Origin: a virus
Lineage: Duplodnaviria > Heunggongvirae > Uroviricota > Caudoviricetes
Strand: one strand, 5' to 3'
Length of the DNA stretch: 64,000 nucleotides
Virus record (IMG/VR): IMGVR_UViG_3300048593_000385
Shown: positions 10,243 to 18,028 of the stretch, one piece after another
Layout of the letters: each line of letters begins with the position of its first letter
Numbering within the stretch: position 1 is the stretch's first letter
Program-made: the position numbers and the translations under genes
Notes under the pieces: generated by a model
The model's database searches: none
What the model was told of the DNA's origin: nothing
The model's input: the letters and a program-made list of their open reading frames with translations, nothing else

Positions 10243-10488
10243 ATGAAAAAGATTCTCGATTATCTAAAAGGTATGATGCAGGATAGCCAAGGTTCTCCGT
10301 CGTCAAAACGTTGGGTTACTATTCTTGCTGTACTTTTGGTCGCTGTGGGCTATGTTGCTAATTTGTTTTGGGATTACACTGTAGAGCAATTTATGTTCGA
10401 GTCAATGATGTATATTGTTATTGCTGGTCTTGGTATCACTGGAGCTGAAAAATTCGCTCCGAAAAAGTCACCAACAGACAGTGAATAA
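10243..10488 (+). CDS. Small membrane protein (holin-like?)
   Basis: 81 aa with a single strong TM helix (ILAVLLVAVGYVANLFW) plus a second hydrophobic segment. SD AAGGAG upstream. Confidence 0.4.
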   Translation: MKKILDYLKGMMQDSQGSPSSKRWVTILAVLLVAVGYVANLFWDYTVEQFMFESMMYIVIAGLGITGAEKFAPKKSPTDSE

Positions 10489-10541
10489 ATAAAACGATTG
10501 GAAGATGTGGCAAACAATAAAACATAAGCCGCATACAACTT

Positions 10542-10573
10542 GGGGAGAGGTTTTTGGCCTCTCCCCTTTTTTG
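10542..10573 (+). terminator. Rho-independent terminator ending the plus-strand structural block
   Basis: GGGGAGAGG-TTTTTGG-CCTCTCCCC hairpin followed by TTTTTTG. Confidence 0.6.
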
Positions 10574-10738
10574 TTATTCGACGATCAACTCAGGTCCTCC
10601 GCCTTCGGTCCATTCCTGAACCGCAGCTTCGGCAATTTCCTTAGACTCGACACGACTCTCATGAACCTTCTGTCCATTTTCAAATCGTTTCACAGTCCAA
10701 GCCATAAAATTCGAGTTAAACTCGTAAGATGCATTTCT
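10565..10738 (-). CDS. Small hypothetical protein (57 aa, below ORF-track threshold)
   Basis: Hand translation gives MARNASYEFNSNFMAWTVKRFENGQKVHESRVESKEIAEAAVQEWTEGGGPELIVE. It directly follows the GapR-like gene on the same strand. Confidence 0.3.
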
Positions 10739-10745
10739 TGCCATA

Positions 10746-10985
10746 TTAGTCGATTCCTAGTGCTGCTTTGTATGTATCAAGGATTGCTTCCATCTCAGCG
10801 CGATCATGAGATTCCATCTTGCGCAGACGAACAATCTGCCTCATGATTTTGCCATCGTAACCACGAGATTTGGCTTCGCTGTAGACATCTTTCTTGTCAT
10901 CGCGAATGCTCTTTTCTTCTTCTTCAAGACGTTCAATTCGCTCAATAAGCAAACGAAGTTCGTCTGCTGAAACATTACCACTCAT
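10746..10985 (-). CDS. gapR: GapR-like nucleoid-associated protein (DUF2312/UPF0335 family)
   Basis: 79 aa. [49 protein letters not shown] matches the hallmark DUF2312/GapR consensus ([34 protein letters not shown]). This family is essentially restricted to Alphaproteobacteria and their phages. Confidence 0.7.
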   Translation of the reverse strand: MSGNVSADELRLLIERIERLEEEEKSIRDDKKDVYSEAKSRGYDGKIMRQIVRLRKMESHDRAEMEAILDTYKAALGID

Positions 10986-11008
10986 TATAAAATCTCCATA
11001 TTGAAAGT

Positions 11009-11082
11009 TGGATGCTCCTTTAGGACTCGAACCTAAATTGACGGATTCAAAGTCCGATCTCTTACCTTTAGAGGAAGGAGCA
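11009..11082 (-). tRNA. tRNA-Gln (anticodon TTG)
   Basis: Hand-folded cloverleaf: acceptor TGCTCCT/AGGAGCA, D GCTC..GAGC-like, anticodon loop CTTTGAA, T-arm TTAGG-TTCGAGT-CCTAA, CCA encoded. Confidence 0.6.
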
Positions 11083-11091
11083 GCTAGTCAA

Positions 11092-11292
11092 TTACTTGCT
11101 GTCAGGTGCATGAGCTGCACGAGCTTCGCTGTGATCGCGGTCGGCTGGGTTAACAGCTACATCGGCTGGGGCAGCTTCAGTAACAGCTGTATTGGCTTCA
11201 GTAGCAGCTTCAGTAGCAGCTTCTGGTGCTTCCTGAGCACATGCAGAAGTAAGAGCAACAACAGCAGCGGCGATAAAAGTTTTGATATTCAT
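11092..11292 (-). CDS. Small secreted lipoprotein
   Basis: 66 aa with signal peptide and lipobox (VALTSAC), followed by an Ala/Glu/Thr-rich low-complexity region. SD AAGGA upstream. Confidence 0.4.
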   Translation of the reverse strand: MNIKTFIAAAVVALTSACAQEAPEAATEAATEANTAVTEAAPADVAVNPADRDHSEARAAHAPDSK

Positions 11293-11320
11293 GTGTTAAT
11301 CCTTAGAATAAAATTGAAAC

Positions 11321-11412
11321 TGGAGGAAGCGGTGGGATTCGAACCCACGGTACGCTCATCACGTACGGCAGTTTTCAAGACTGCAGGCATCAACCACTCG
11401 CCCACGCTTCCG
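11321..11412 (-). tRNA. tRNA-Ser (anticodon TGA), long variable arm
   Basis: Type II tRNA fold with anticodon loop CTTGAAA, variable arm GTACGTGATGAGCGTACC, T-arm GTGGG-TTCGAAT-CCCAC, CCA encoded. Confidence 0.6.
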
Positions 11413-11467
11413 TAACATTGGGGATGGAATGAAAGGAAGAAACTTTCCACCCCCAACGAACTGATAT

Positions 11468-12427
11468 TTAGTCTTCTTCGGCCAAACGCTTGAAGAAGGC
11501 CATATCGTCATCCTCATCAGTAGAGGTTTCGGCAGCTGGAGCAGTCCAAGGCAGGTCTTCATCTTCCTCGACCTTAGTCTCGAAGGCTGGCTTTGCAGTC
11601 TTACCTACTGGAGCTTCCTCGCGACCATAATGACGATTGTCGTCACGATTGATGTGAGTGTTCAGATCAAGAACTTCGTTCAGACGCTTTTCGAGGTCGG
11701 CAAACGACTTGAAGTTAGCAGCATCAAGGAACGGCTGTAGCTTATGTTCCTTCTGCCAGATTGCTTCGAGCGCATCATCATCCTCAAGAAGTGGCTTAGA
11801 ATCACCGAAGGAAGACTTGTCGTAGTTACGATAGCCATCAACCTGACGGATACGAAGATAGAAGTCAGCACCAGACCACATATCGAATGGATTGACTGGC
11901 TTGATTTCTTCAATACCATCATCCATTGGATGCATAAGTTCGTTCAGCTTTTCAAAGATCTTCTTGCCGAAGTCATAGAGGAAAACCTTACCGTTGTTAT
12001 CAGGATTAGCAGGATCCTTGACAACATAGATATTTGCGGCATAGTGAAGGCGACGCTTCTGCTTACGAGCCTGCTTGCGCTGAGGAGAGTCATCATTATC
12101 TGATTCCTTCCAGAGCTTGCTGTTATATTCAGCAACAGGATCCTTTTCGCCGAGGCTGGTCAACGACTTCTCGATATACCACTTTCCACTTGGACCTTGG
12201 AAACCATGATCCCAGTAACGAACAAACGGAACATCCTCGCCCTCGGGAGCAGGAAGAAAGCGAATAATCGCCGAACCATTACCAGCCTTATCGACTGTTG
12301 GCTTCCAGAATTGTTCGTTGTTTTTATCGGAATTTTCGCCGCCACCAGCGGACATCTTGCTAACCTGTTCGGTTAACTTACGGAGAGAATCCTGACTCGA
12401 ATTCTTCAGAGATGCAAAATTTGACAT
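11468..12427 (-). CDS. 32: Single-stranded DNA-binding protein gp32
   Basis: 319 aa. GNGSAIIRFLPAPEGEDVPFVRYWDHGFQGPSGKWYIEKSLTSLGE aligns with T4 gp32 [44 protein letters not shown]. Acidic C-terminal tail as in gp32. Confidence 0.9.
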   Translation of the reverse strand: MSNFASLKNSSQDSLRKLTEQVSKMSAGGGENSDKNNEQFWKPTVDKAGNGSAIIRFLPAPEGEDVPFVRYWDHGFQGPSGKWYIEKSLTSLGEKDPVAEYNSKLWKESDNDDSPQRKQARKQKRRLHYAANIYVVKDPANPDNNGKVFLYDFGKKIFEKLNELMHPMDDGIEEIKPVNPFDMWSGADFYLRIRQVDGYRNYDKSSFGDSKPLLEDDDALEAIWQKEHKLQPFLDAANFKSFADLEKRLNEVLDLNTHINRDDNRHYGREEAPVGKTAKPAFETKVEEDEDLPWTAPAAETSTDEDDDMAFFKRLAEED

Positions 12428-12470
12428 ATGTTTATTTCCTTATACAGTGTATGACAGTTTATACAGTTTA

Positions 12471-13043
12471 TTAATCAACAAAGTTTCTGTTCAGAAGAAA
12501 GATACTCTGCTCTCTTATATAGCGTTCTCTCATCGTTGACGCTTTGCGGATAGCATTAGTCTCTTCGAGAAGGATGGAGTATCCAAACGCATTCATGATA
12601 TGTGCCCAATATTCCGTGGTCTGGCAATTCACGTGGTGATGTCCAGGCTGTCCAGGGAATGCATGAGTCATAAGCACATACTTGCACTTATCCATCGTAG
12701 CAACAAAGTTGCGGATGTATTGCTCTTCAATATGCTCAACAAACTCGACCGTCCATGCTAGGTCGTAGCTTTTCTCCGGAACATATGGAGCTTTCTGGTA
12801 GTCATGGATGACGATGTCATCAACCTTGCGATCAACGACGAAGTCGCCATCCACGCCTAACACCTCGAGACCCTTTTCGCGAGCAAGTTCAACCATGCCC
12901 GCAGGACCACAACCAATATCGACCATGCTCTTGACACCGAGTTTCTCGATGATATAATCAAGAGCACCGTCATCAAGATGGGTCTCGCCTTCATGACCGC
13001 CCAAGTGCATGGGCAGACCATTGTCAGTAAATGTAATTTTCAT
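12471..13043 (-). CDS. Class I SAM-dependent methyltransferase
   Basis: 190 aa with motif I VDIGCGPAGMVELA and downstream acidic motif II (DDIVIHD). Confidence 0.75.
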   Translation of the reverse strand: MKITFTDNGLPMHLGGHEGETHLDDGALDYIIEKLGVKSMVDIGCGPAGMVELAREKGLEVLGVDGDFVVDRKVDDIVIHDYQKAPYVPEKSYDLAWTVEFVEHIEEQYIRNFVATMDKCKYVLMTHAFPGQPGHHHVNCQTTEYWAHIMNAFGYSILLEETNAIRKASTMRERYIREQSIFLLNRNFVD

Positions 13044-13101
13044 TCAATATCCTTTCTCATCATATTTCCACTATACTATAGATAGTTTAAAAAGTCAAGC
13101 A

Positions 13102-13329
13102 TTAAATTGGTAGCATTGCACTTTTAGGAAGATAGTGTAGACTCTCTGCTTCGAGTTGAAGTTTTGCTTTAAGCATATCGTTGGTTTTAATTGCCTTGGC
13201 AAATATTTCCACCTCCACATTATTCTCTTCGCAGTAATAGATGATTGCATCCATATACGAGAGATCGTGTTTCCACACGAGTTCTTCAATTGTTTCGCAA
13301 ATTACTTTCATTCGAGTCATTGAGTTCAT
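13102..13329 (-). CDS. Hypothetical protein (possibly gp33-like late transcription accessory)
   Basis: 75-aa ORF in the position that 33/59 occupy next to gene 32 in T4. No motif confirmation. Confidence 0.3.
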   Translation of the reverse strand: MNSMTRMKVICETIEELVWKHDLSYMDAIIYYCEENNVEVEIFAKAIKTNDMLKAKLQLEAESLHYLPKSAMLPI

Positions 13330-13332
13330 AAT

Positions 13333-13965
13333 TTAGCCTTCTCTATAAAAAATATGTGCACCAATTCGTGTGACTCTTTCTAGATTCCAACGTGGATTTA
13401 CATAGTTCGCATGATAGAATTTAGCTCCCCCTGTAATGTCCCCGTAATTGCCAAGATATACTTGTTCAGCAATTTTCTTTGATTCGACAAATTGCTCACG
13501 GCTACGAATTTTCTTCTGACCTTCACATTTCCAAGAAAATTGACATGTTCTTTTGTTTCTTTGTGAAACAACTGCACATGCTGTCTTTCCGAAACGACCT
13601 TTAGGATCATTTACTCTATTCATAACTACATTGTTGACGGCAATCTTGCCTTTGGTTGATTGGTTACCAGCCTCGAAATATGTGTTTTCGGCGAGGCACT
13701 GGATCTGTTTTTGATCATTATGATCCAGTTTTACAGGAACTTTCACGATTGTTGGCTTTTCAACAATCTTGATCACGGGAACCTTTTGGATCACCGGAAC
13801 TTCTACAGTAATTGCTTTGGCAGGAGCTAGTGCAGATATAGTTAGAATGGCAACCATTCCCATGCAAAAACCTGAGCCATATGTTAGATTTGGGTAATCA
13901 ATTCTCTGTTCGAATAATTTATCAATATTAAATTTTGATGTGAGATTTTTGAAGAAATTCTTCAT
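13333..13965 (-). CDS. SleB-family cell wall hydrolase with N-terminal signal-anchor (candidate endolysin)
   Basis: 210 aa. An N-terminal TM segment is followed by NTYFEAGNQSTKGKIAVNNVVMNRVNDPKGRFGKTACAVVSQ ... FYHANYVNPRW ... IGAHIFY, matching the Hydrolase_2 (SleB) family signature. Confidence 0.7.
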   Translation of the reverse strand: MKNFFKNLTSKFNIDKLFEQRIDYPNLTYGSGFCMGMVAILTISALAPAKAITVEVPVIQKVPVIKIVEKPTIVKVPVKLDHNDQKQIQCLAENTYFEAGNQSTKGKIAVNNVVMNRVNDPKGRFGKTACAVVSQRNKRTCQFSWKCEGQKKIRSREQFVESKKIAEQVYLGNYGDITGGAKFYHANYVNPRWNLERVTRIGAHIFYREG

Positions 13966-14397
13966 TTGTATCCTCTTTAGTTTAATGAGTCGGCGACTGT
14001 TCCGTGTATAACATACAAGAACAATACCGCTACGAGAAGATACAATAATAAAGAAAGTCGAGGTATCTTCTAATCCATTTCCCTCTTACTGGAAATGCGA
14101 ATCATTATGGTTTGGTCGGTAGTAGGCGAGCCTACTGCTTTCTGTGCCCTAAAGACTGAAGCTGTGTAAGAGTCAATGGAGGAAGACCCCCAGAGGTAAC
14201 ATTTTATTTAGGTCTCGAGTTTACCCCAAAACCTTCGGTCTGCCGCTATAAACCTTCGGTTAGACTTAGATGGACACACGTTGCGCAACTCAGTCGATCT
14301 GTCGTGACATTACATCCTGTGCAATGTGGTTGAAAGACTGTGTGTCCATCTAAGTGGCGGGATTCTGTTGCAAGGTTCCCGCCAGACCCCAATTTAA

Positions 14398-14604
14398 TTA
14401 ATTGCCATCAACGAAAGATTTGAGAAGTTGTGCTTCAGCAATAATGTCATCTGTGGCAGGATAAGCAACTTCTGGAAGAGGCGTATTGTGCAACCTAGAA
14501 TTCTCATAGGCAGCATTCATACTCGCATGGAATTTTTCTGAGGCTCTTTGTTGAGCTAGTTTGATCATGTCCATACGGAGCAAGAAAGGTGTATCATTAG
14601 ACAT
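14398..14604 (-). CDS. Hypothetical protein
   Basis: 68-aa ORF immediately downstream of the tmRNA coding piece. Confidence 0.35.
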   Translation of the reverse strand: MSNDTPFLLRMDMIKLAQQRASEKFHASMNAAYENSRLHNTPLPEVAYPATDDIIAEAQLLKSFVDGN

Positions 14605-14619
14605 AGTTATTTTCCTTAT

Positions 14620-14799
14620 GTGTGTAGTGTGTATTTGAGCCCGTTCTGTTTCGAGGTGGAACTCATACCCAATGCTAGCTGTTAGGCAGCTAGAGCAAAG
14701 GCAACGTCATTGTCGTTTGCATTTACAGTTTGTGGCACTTTGCCAGTCAATCAGTCTCGGACGCCCTATTACACGAAAATCGATATCCAGGTCACCCCC
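14620..14799 (-). ncRNA. ssrA: tmRNA (ssrA) coding piece of a permuted two-piece tmRNA; tag reading frame 14682-14720 encodes ANDNDVAFALAA
   Basis: The minus strand reads GGGGGUGACCUGGAUAUCGAUUUUCG (cf. E. coli GGGGCUGAUUCUGGAUUCGACGGG), then ..GCAAACGACAAUGACGUUGCCUUUGCUCUAGCUGCCUAA, a classic A-N-D...ALAA tag plus UAA. The 3' boundary is approximate. Confidence 0.7.
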
Positions 14800-14949
14800 A
14801 TCATAGACAAAGCACCAACTTGAAGTAACATCCAAGGTCATGACTCCTATCCAGTTACTCGTCCCCAAACATTATCTCCCTTGAGGCAAGCCATGCGGTC
14901 GGCCAGTTCCTATATTACGTACGCTGTATAGTCCCTGTTGCTTTATCTA

Positions 14950-15030
14950 TGGTGGAGGTGAGGGGAGTCGAACCCCTGTCTTTCCGCTTTTACTGTTGCC
15001 TGTCAGCAACTGATATTTTATTTAGGTATT
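14950..15030 (-). ncRNA. ssrA: tmRNA acceptor piece (T-arm + 3' acceptor strand + CCA), located upstream of the coding piece (permuted gene order)
   Basis: The minus strand reads ..GACAGGGGUUCGACUCCCCUCACCUCCACCA. The 3' acceptor strand CACCUCC pairs (one G-U) with the GGGGGUG 5' end at 14799. No matching 5' acceptor strand exists adjacent to it, so it is not a stand-alone tRNA. The 5' boundary is approximate and overlaps the 3' end of the 14990-15313 ORF. Confidence 0.6.
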
Positions 15031-15313
15031 TTACCTTCTCTTTGATCCAGTTATCAAACGGAAGGTGCATACCAGTGGAACCATTCCAGTCGGCGAATGC
15101 ATCATCATAAAAGCCAATCTTGGACTTTTTCACCTGCAGTTCGGTCAACTCGTCAGCCCACTGTTGCCACTTTTCGTCAGTGATAACTGGATCATCAAGC
15201 ACATAATACCGATACGAATGTACCAGCATTTGTGTCCGACGCTGTTTGATTTTCTCATCCAGCGTCTGGACTTCATTCACCAGATCCGCCTCGAAAAACG
15301 AATCTAGGCTCAT
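14990..15313 (-). CDS. Small protein resembling the NAD-dependent DNA ligase (LigA) N-terminal Ia domain
   Basis: 107 aa. QRRTQMLVHSYRYYVLDDPVITDEKWQQWADELTELQ resembles the LigA Ia pattern [29 protein letters not shown]. No adenylation domain follows. Confidence 0.4.
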   Translation of the reverse strand: MSLDSFFEADLVNEVQTLDEKIKQRRTQMLVHSYRYYVLDDPVITDEKWQQWADELTELQVKKSKIGFYDDAFADWNGSTGMHLPFDNWIKEKVKYLNKISVADRQQ

Positions 15314-15537
15314 TATATCTTAACTTTCAATTCGTTCAGAACACCCAAACAAATCAGAGCAACCCCGATGGAGCAACGAATAAGGATTTCAGAAAGGCTG
15401 ATCGGTGGACCAGCAACACAGTCAGCAGCAGCACGACATTCTTCATAGAAGTCACTAGCACCGACCGTGCCGAGAACAGCAAAAAAACCAACTCCGACGA
15501 GCAACAAATTCACGATCTTCATAAGCTTCCCTTTCAT
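15313..15537 (-). CDS. Small membrane protein
   Basis: ORF-track entry 15313..15579 starts with a non-ATG codon that sits inside the promoter cassette. The likely start is the ATGATG at 15532-15537 right after the AATAGGA leader. TM segment IVNLLLVGVGFFAVLGTV. Confidence 0.4.
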   Translation of the reverse strand: MKGKLMKIVNLLLVGVGFFAVLGTVGASDFYEECRAAADCVAGPPISLSEILIRCSIGVALICLGVLNELKVKI

Positions 15538-15550
15538 CATCCTATTATTC

Positions 15551-15579
15551 ACTATAACCCGAATCGGAAATAATAGCAA
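15551..15579 (-). promoter_or_regulatory. Early sigma70-like promoter cassette copy 1 (-35 TTGCTA, 17 bp, -10 TATAGT)
   Basis: Minus strand reads GTGCTTGCTATTATTTCCGATTCGGGTTATAGTGAATAATAGG. Member of the approx. 50-bp repeated cassette. Confidence 0.5.
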
Positions 15580-15588
15580 GCACTATTT

Positions 15589-16032
15589 TCATTCTTCTTC
15601 AAAATTATAATGCTCGGGGATGTCATACATCTCCATGAGATAGTCAGGGATGTTGCTGAAATCGTCTGGATCAATCTCGAAATCTTCATCCACACCATTG
15701 CTGAATTCACCAACATATCCTGCTCCTGGTTCGAAATACTGAGCCTCGACCTCAAACCCAAGACGCTCTAGAGCCTCATAGAACTTGATTGGAGGAGCCC
15801 AAGCAGTTTCGAACATGCAGTCAAGGCTGGTCTCATCAGACTCAAAGACTTGACCTTCGTTGATGTCCCATTTGGTGCCCCAATTTTGCACACACCAGTC
15901 ATAATCCCAGCCTGTTGGACAGGCAACGAACTCATTGAGCAGTGTGTCCTGTTCAATGGCAGTTTTTGCACGAACAATCATCTCTGGATCATTGTGGGTA
16001 AGAGTCACATTATTTGAGCACCAATTAGGCAT
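15589..16032 (-). CDS. Hypothetical conserved phage protein (acidic)
   Basis: 147-aa ORF starting MPNWCSNNVTLTH, preceded by cassette copy 2. Confidence 0.5.
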   Translation of the reverse strand: MPNWCSNNVTLTHNDPEMIVRAKTAIEQDTLLNEFVACPTGWDYDWCVQNWGTKWDINEGQVFESDETSLDCMFETAWAPPIKFYEALERLGFEVEAQYFEPGAGYVGEFSNGVDEDFEIDPDDFSNIPDYLMEMYDIPEHYNFEEE

Positions 16033-16060
16033 AAAATTTCCTTTTCAATTCCTATTATTC

Positions 16061-16089
16061 ACTCTAACCTATTTTTAAAAATAAAGCAA
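16061..16089 (-). promoter_or_regulatory. Early promoter cassette copy 2 (TTGCTT-17-TAGAGT)
   Basis: Minus strand reads AATAGTGCTTGCTTTATTTTTAAAAATAGGTTAGAGTGAATAATAGGAATTGAAAAGG, then ATG. Confidence 0.55.
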
Positions 16090-16092
16090 GCA

Positions 16093-16323
16093 CTATTTTT
16101 CTTGATTCTTGAGCTTCTCACGCTTACGATCACCGAGCCAGAAGAGACCAAAGAACGGTCCGATGATAATTACGGCAGCAAGTACAACTGGCCACGTCAG
16201 AGATCCAATAAAGGTGACCCAAAATATACCAAACTTACTATCAATATCTGTATCAAGCGTGCCGACTACGTACGAACCTACTGCAATAAACAAAATAGCA
16301 ACAATTAACCACAACCAAAACAT
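16093..16323 (-). CDS. Small integral membrane protein
   Basis: 76 aa with three predicted TM helices. Confidence 0.45.
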   Translation of the reverse strand: MFWLWLIVAILFIAVGSYVVGTLDTDIDSKFGIFWVTFIGSLTWPVVLAAVIIIGPFFGLFWLGDRKREKLKNQEK

Positions 16324-16324
16324 A

Positions 16325-16555
16325 TTAAACTTCCTTCTTATCTATATTCCATTTAAAATGATTCCGAGTATATACAATCGCAAGAGCGATGCTCATCGGA
16401 ATCAATCCCCATGCTTCGCTGGCAATAATCCATGTCACCCAGAGGACTTGGTTGGCAAGACCGACCGCCCATGCACGAGGATGATTATTGCCAGCGAGTA
16501 ATGTCATCCAGATAGTAAGGCATGACATCAACCATGGTAGATACGTTACAATCAC
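16325..16555 (-). CDS. Small integral membrane protein
   Basis: 76 aa, hydrophobic, Trp-rich. Confidence 0.45.
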   Translation of the reverse strand: MIVTYLPWLMSCLTIWMTLLAGNNHPRAWAVGLANQVLWVTWIIASEAWGLIPMSIALAIVYTRNHFKWNIDKKEV

Positions 16556-17514
16556 GCAGCTTCAGCCATCTCGAGCGCGAGGTTACCAGCCTCAAGCTTG
16601 CGACGCTGGTTATAACCAAACCAAGCCGAAGTCAGGCGAGTGTCAGCCGAACGACCAAGAAGGTGATCGGTTGAGTAGGTAACAGCATTAAATGCCTGCC
16701 ACCAAGAGCCAGCAGCATATTCGGCTCCAGGCTGAGTCTCGAGAACTTCGTAAGCCAGCTTGGCAGCACGCGACTGCAGTTCCAACGGATCGACTTCCTT
16801 GCGAGTGGTCATCGGGAATACACGATTGAAATATTCAACGATCGACTCGTTGTTATAACGCTTGGTCGAGAGATACTCAGCCATTTCCTTGTAACGAGCC
16901 AGCTTATCCTTAGAGACGCCGAGGACTTCCTTGACCATATCGCCGTCAAACACCTGACGGTGGTTCATCTTGAACATACGCTCAGCTGTGCCGTTCAGCG
17001 ACATAGTCAGAGTGTTGTTGCAGACAACACGGATGGGAGTGAAACGAACGTCAACGGTCTTGCCGTACTGGTGAGGATTCGAGAAGAGAAGGTATCCTTC
17101 AACCTTGTCGTCACCGTTGATCTCGAAGGATTCGTTAACCTTTGCGAGAGCCCAGATATTACGACCACCCTTGAGCGAGCCAGCCGTATGCATTTCCATA
17201 TCGCCAGCAGCGATAAAGTCATTGAAGAATTCGAATGCCTCACGATTCTGGACAGGATTCCAGTCATCGCCAACCATGTCGAAGAACTTATTGTCAGAGG
17301 TGCGAACCAAAGCGGAACGACCAGTGTCAATGCGCTTGCCATTAACTTCGGCAAAAGCAGGGAACTTCTCGACTTCCCAGTCGAGACCAGCAGCCTTCAT
17401 CATCTGCTCGGGCGAGAGATCCGAAGGAACCTTGGTACCAAGACCGTGCCAAGGCAGGTCGCCAGCGTAAGCCATCGAAGCAGCATCGCCGATCATTTCA
17501 AGTTCATGAGCCAT
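16552..17514 (-). CDS. DUF932-like phage/plasmid protein
   Basis: 320 aa starting MAHELEMIGD. Overall resemblance to the phage/plasmid-like DUF932 (TIGR03299-type) family is from memory only. Its 5' UTR contains a perfect hairpin (17536-17559) between the promoter cassette and the ATG. Confidence 0.45.
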   Translation of the reverse strand: MAHELEMIGDAASMAYAGDLPWHGLGTKVPSDLSPEQMMKAAGLDWEVEKFPAFAEVNGKRIDTGRSALVRTSDNKFFDMVGDDWNPVQNREAFEFFNDFIAAGDMEMHTAGSLKGGRNIWALAKVNESFEINGDDKVEGYLLFSNPHQYGKTVDVRFTPIRVVCNNTLTMSLNGTAERMFKMNHRQVFDGDMVKEVLGVSKDKLARYKEMAEYLSTKRYNNESIVEYFNRVFPMTTRKEVDPLELQSRAAKLAYEVLETQPGAEYAAGSWWQAFNAVTYSTDHLLGRSADTRLTSAWFGYNQRRKLEAGNLALEMAEAA

Positions 17515-17569
17515 AATATAATTTCCTTTTCAAACGGAGAGGGAACCATTCCCCTCTCCTCATATTCTC

Positions 17570-17598
17570 AATATAACCTAGTTTTTAAAATAAAGCAA
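17570..17598 (-). promoter_or_regulatory. Early promoter cassette copy 3 (TTGCTT-17-TATATT)
   Basis: Minus strand reads AATAATGCTTGCTTTATTTTAAAAACTAGGTTATATTGAGAATATGAGG. Confidence 0.55.
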
Positions 17599-17614
17599 GC
17601 ATTATTTTTAAAAA

Positions 17615-17968
17615 TTAAGCAGCAAAAAGATATTTCGCACGATCAGCTGTCGTCTTGAACATCTTACCGTTTTCTTCATAGATGAACGGGAACTTCGGCT
17701 TGCGAGTATCGTAGCGAACCAGCTTGCGACCGTTCTTTTCCATAACCAGATTGTATGCTTCAATCATACGCTGCAGGTTCAGGTCGGTGCGAGTAACAGC
17801 ACCCTTGATTTTGGTGGTCAGCTTAATCGTAGCTTCAGCTTCGCTAAAACGAATACCACCAATATCAAAATCAAGACCAGACTTTGCAGCGTAGGCATCC
17901 AGAACAGTCTGGAGATCATCACGAAGAGCCTTCAGCGAGGCACGGTCAAAAGAGGTAAACTTGGTCAT
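17615..17968 (-). CDS. Hypothetical protein
   Basis: 117-aa ORF downstream of cassette copy 4. Confidence 0.5.
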   Translation of the reverse strand: MTKFTSFDRASLKALRDDLQTVLDAYAAKSGLDFDIGGIRFSEAEATIKLTTKIKGAVTRTDLNLQRMIEAYNLVMEKNGRKLVRYDTRKPKFPFIYEENGKMFKTTADRAKYLFAA

Positions 17969-17999
17969 AAAAACTTCCTTTCTTCATTTCCTATTATTC

Positions 18000-18028
18000 A
18001 CTCTAACCTAATTTTAAAAATAAATCAA
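18000..18028 (-). promoter_or_regulatory. Early promoter cassette copy 4 (TTGATT-17-TAGAGT)
   Basis: Minus strand reads AATAATGCTTGATTTATTTTTAAAATTAGGTTAGAGTGAATAATAGGAAATGAAG. Confidence 0.5.

Noticed and set aside
10505-10846. 113-aa plus-strand ORF antisense to the GapR-like gene; likewise 8221-8748(-), 8812-9102(-), 9313-9738(-) and 60098-60376(-)
   Set aside because: They are antisense or alternate-frame ORFs inside better-supported genes (compositionally biased regions yield long spurious frames), with no SD or conservation signal.
14950-14990. The tRNA 3' half (T-arm + CCA) as a phage attP core or integration remnant
   Set aside because: T4-like lytic phages do not integrate. The fragment pairs with the GGGGGUG 5' end of the tmRNA coding piece 150 nt away, so it is better explained as the acceptor piece of a permuted tmRNA.
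17536-17559. The hairpin GGAGAGGG-AACCATT-CCCTCTCC as a transcription terminator
   Set aside because: There is no U-run on either strand, and it sits between a promoter cassette and the ATG of 16552-17514. It is more likely a 5'-UTR structural element.
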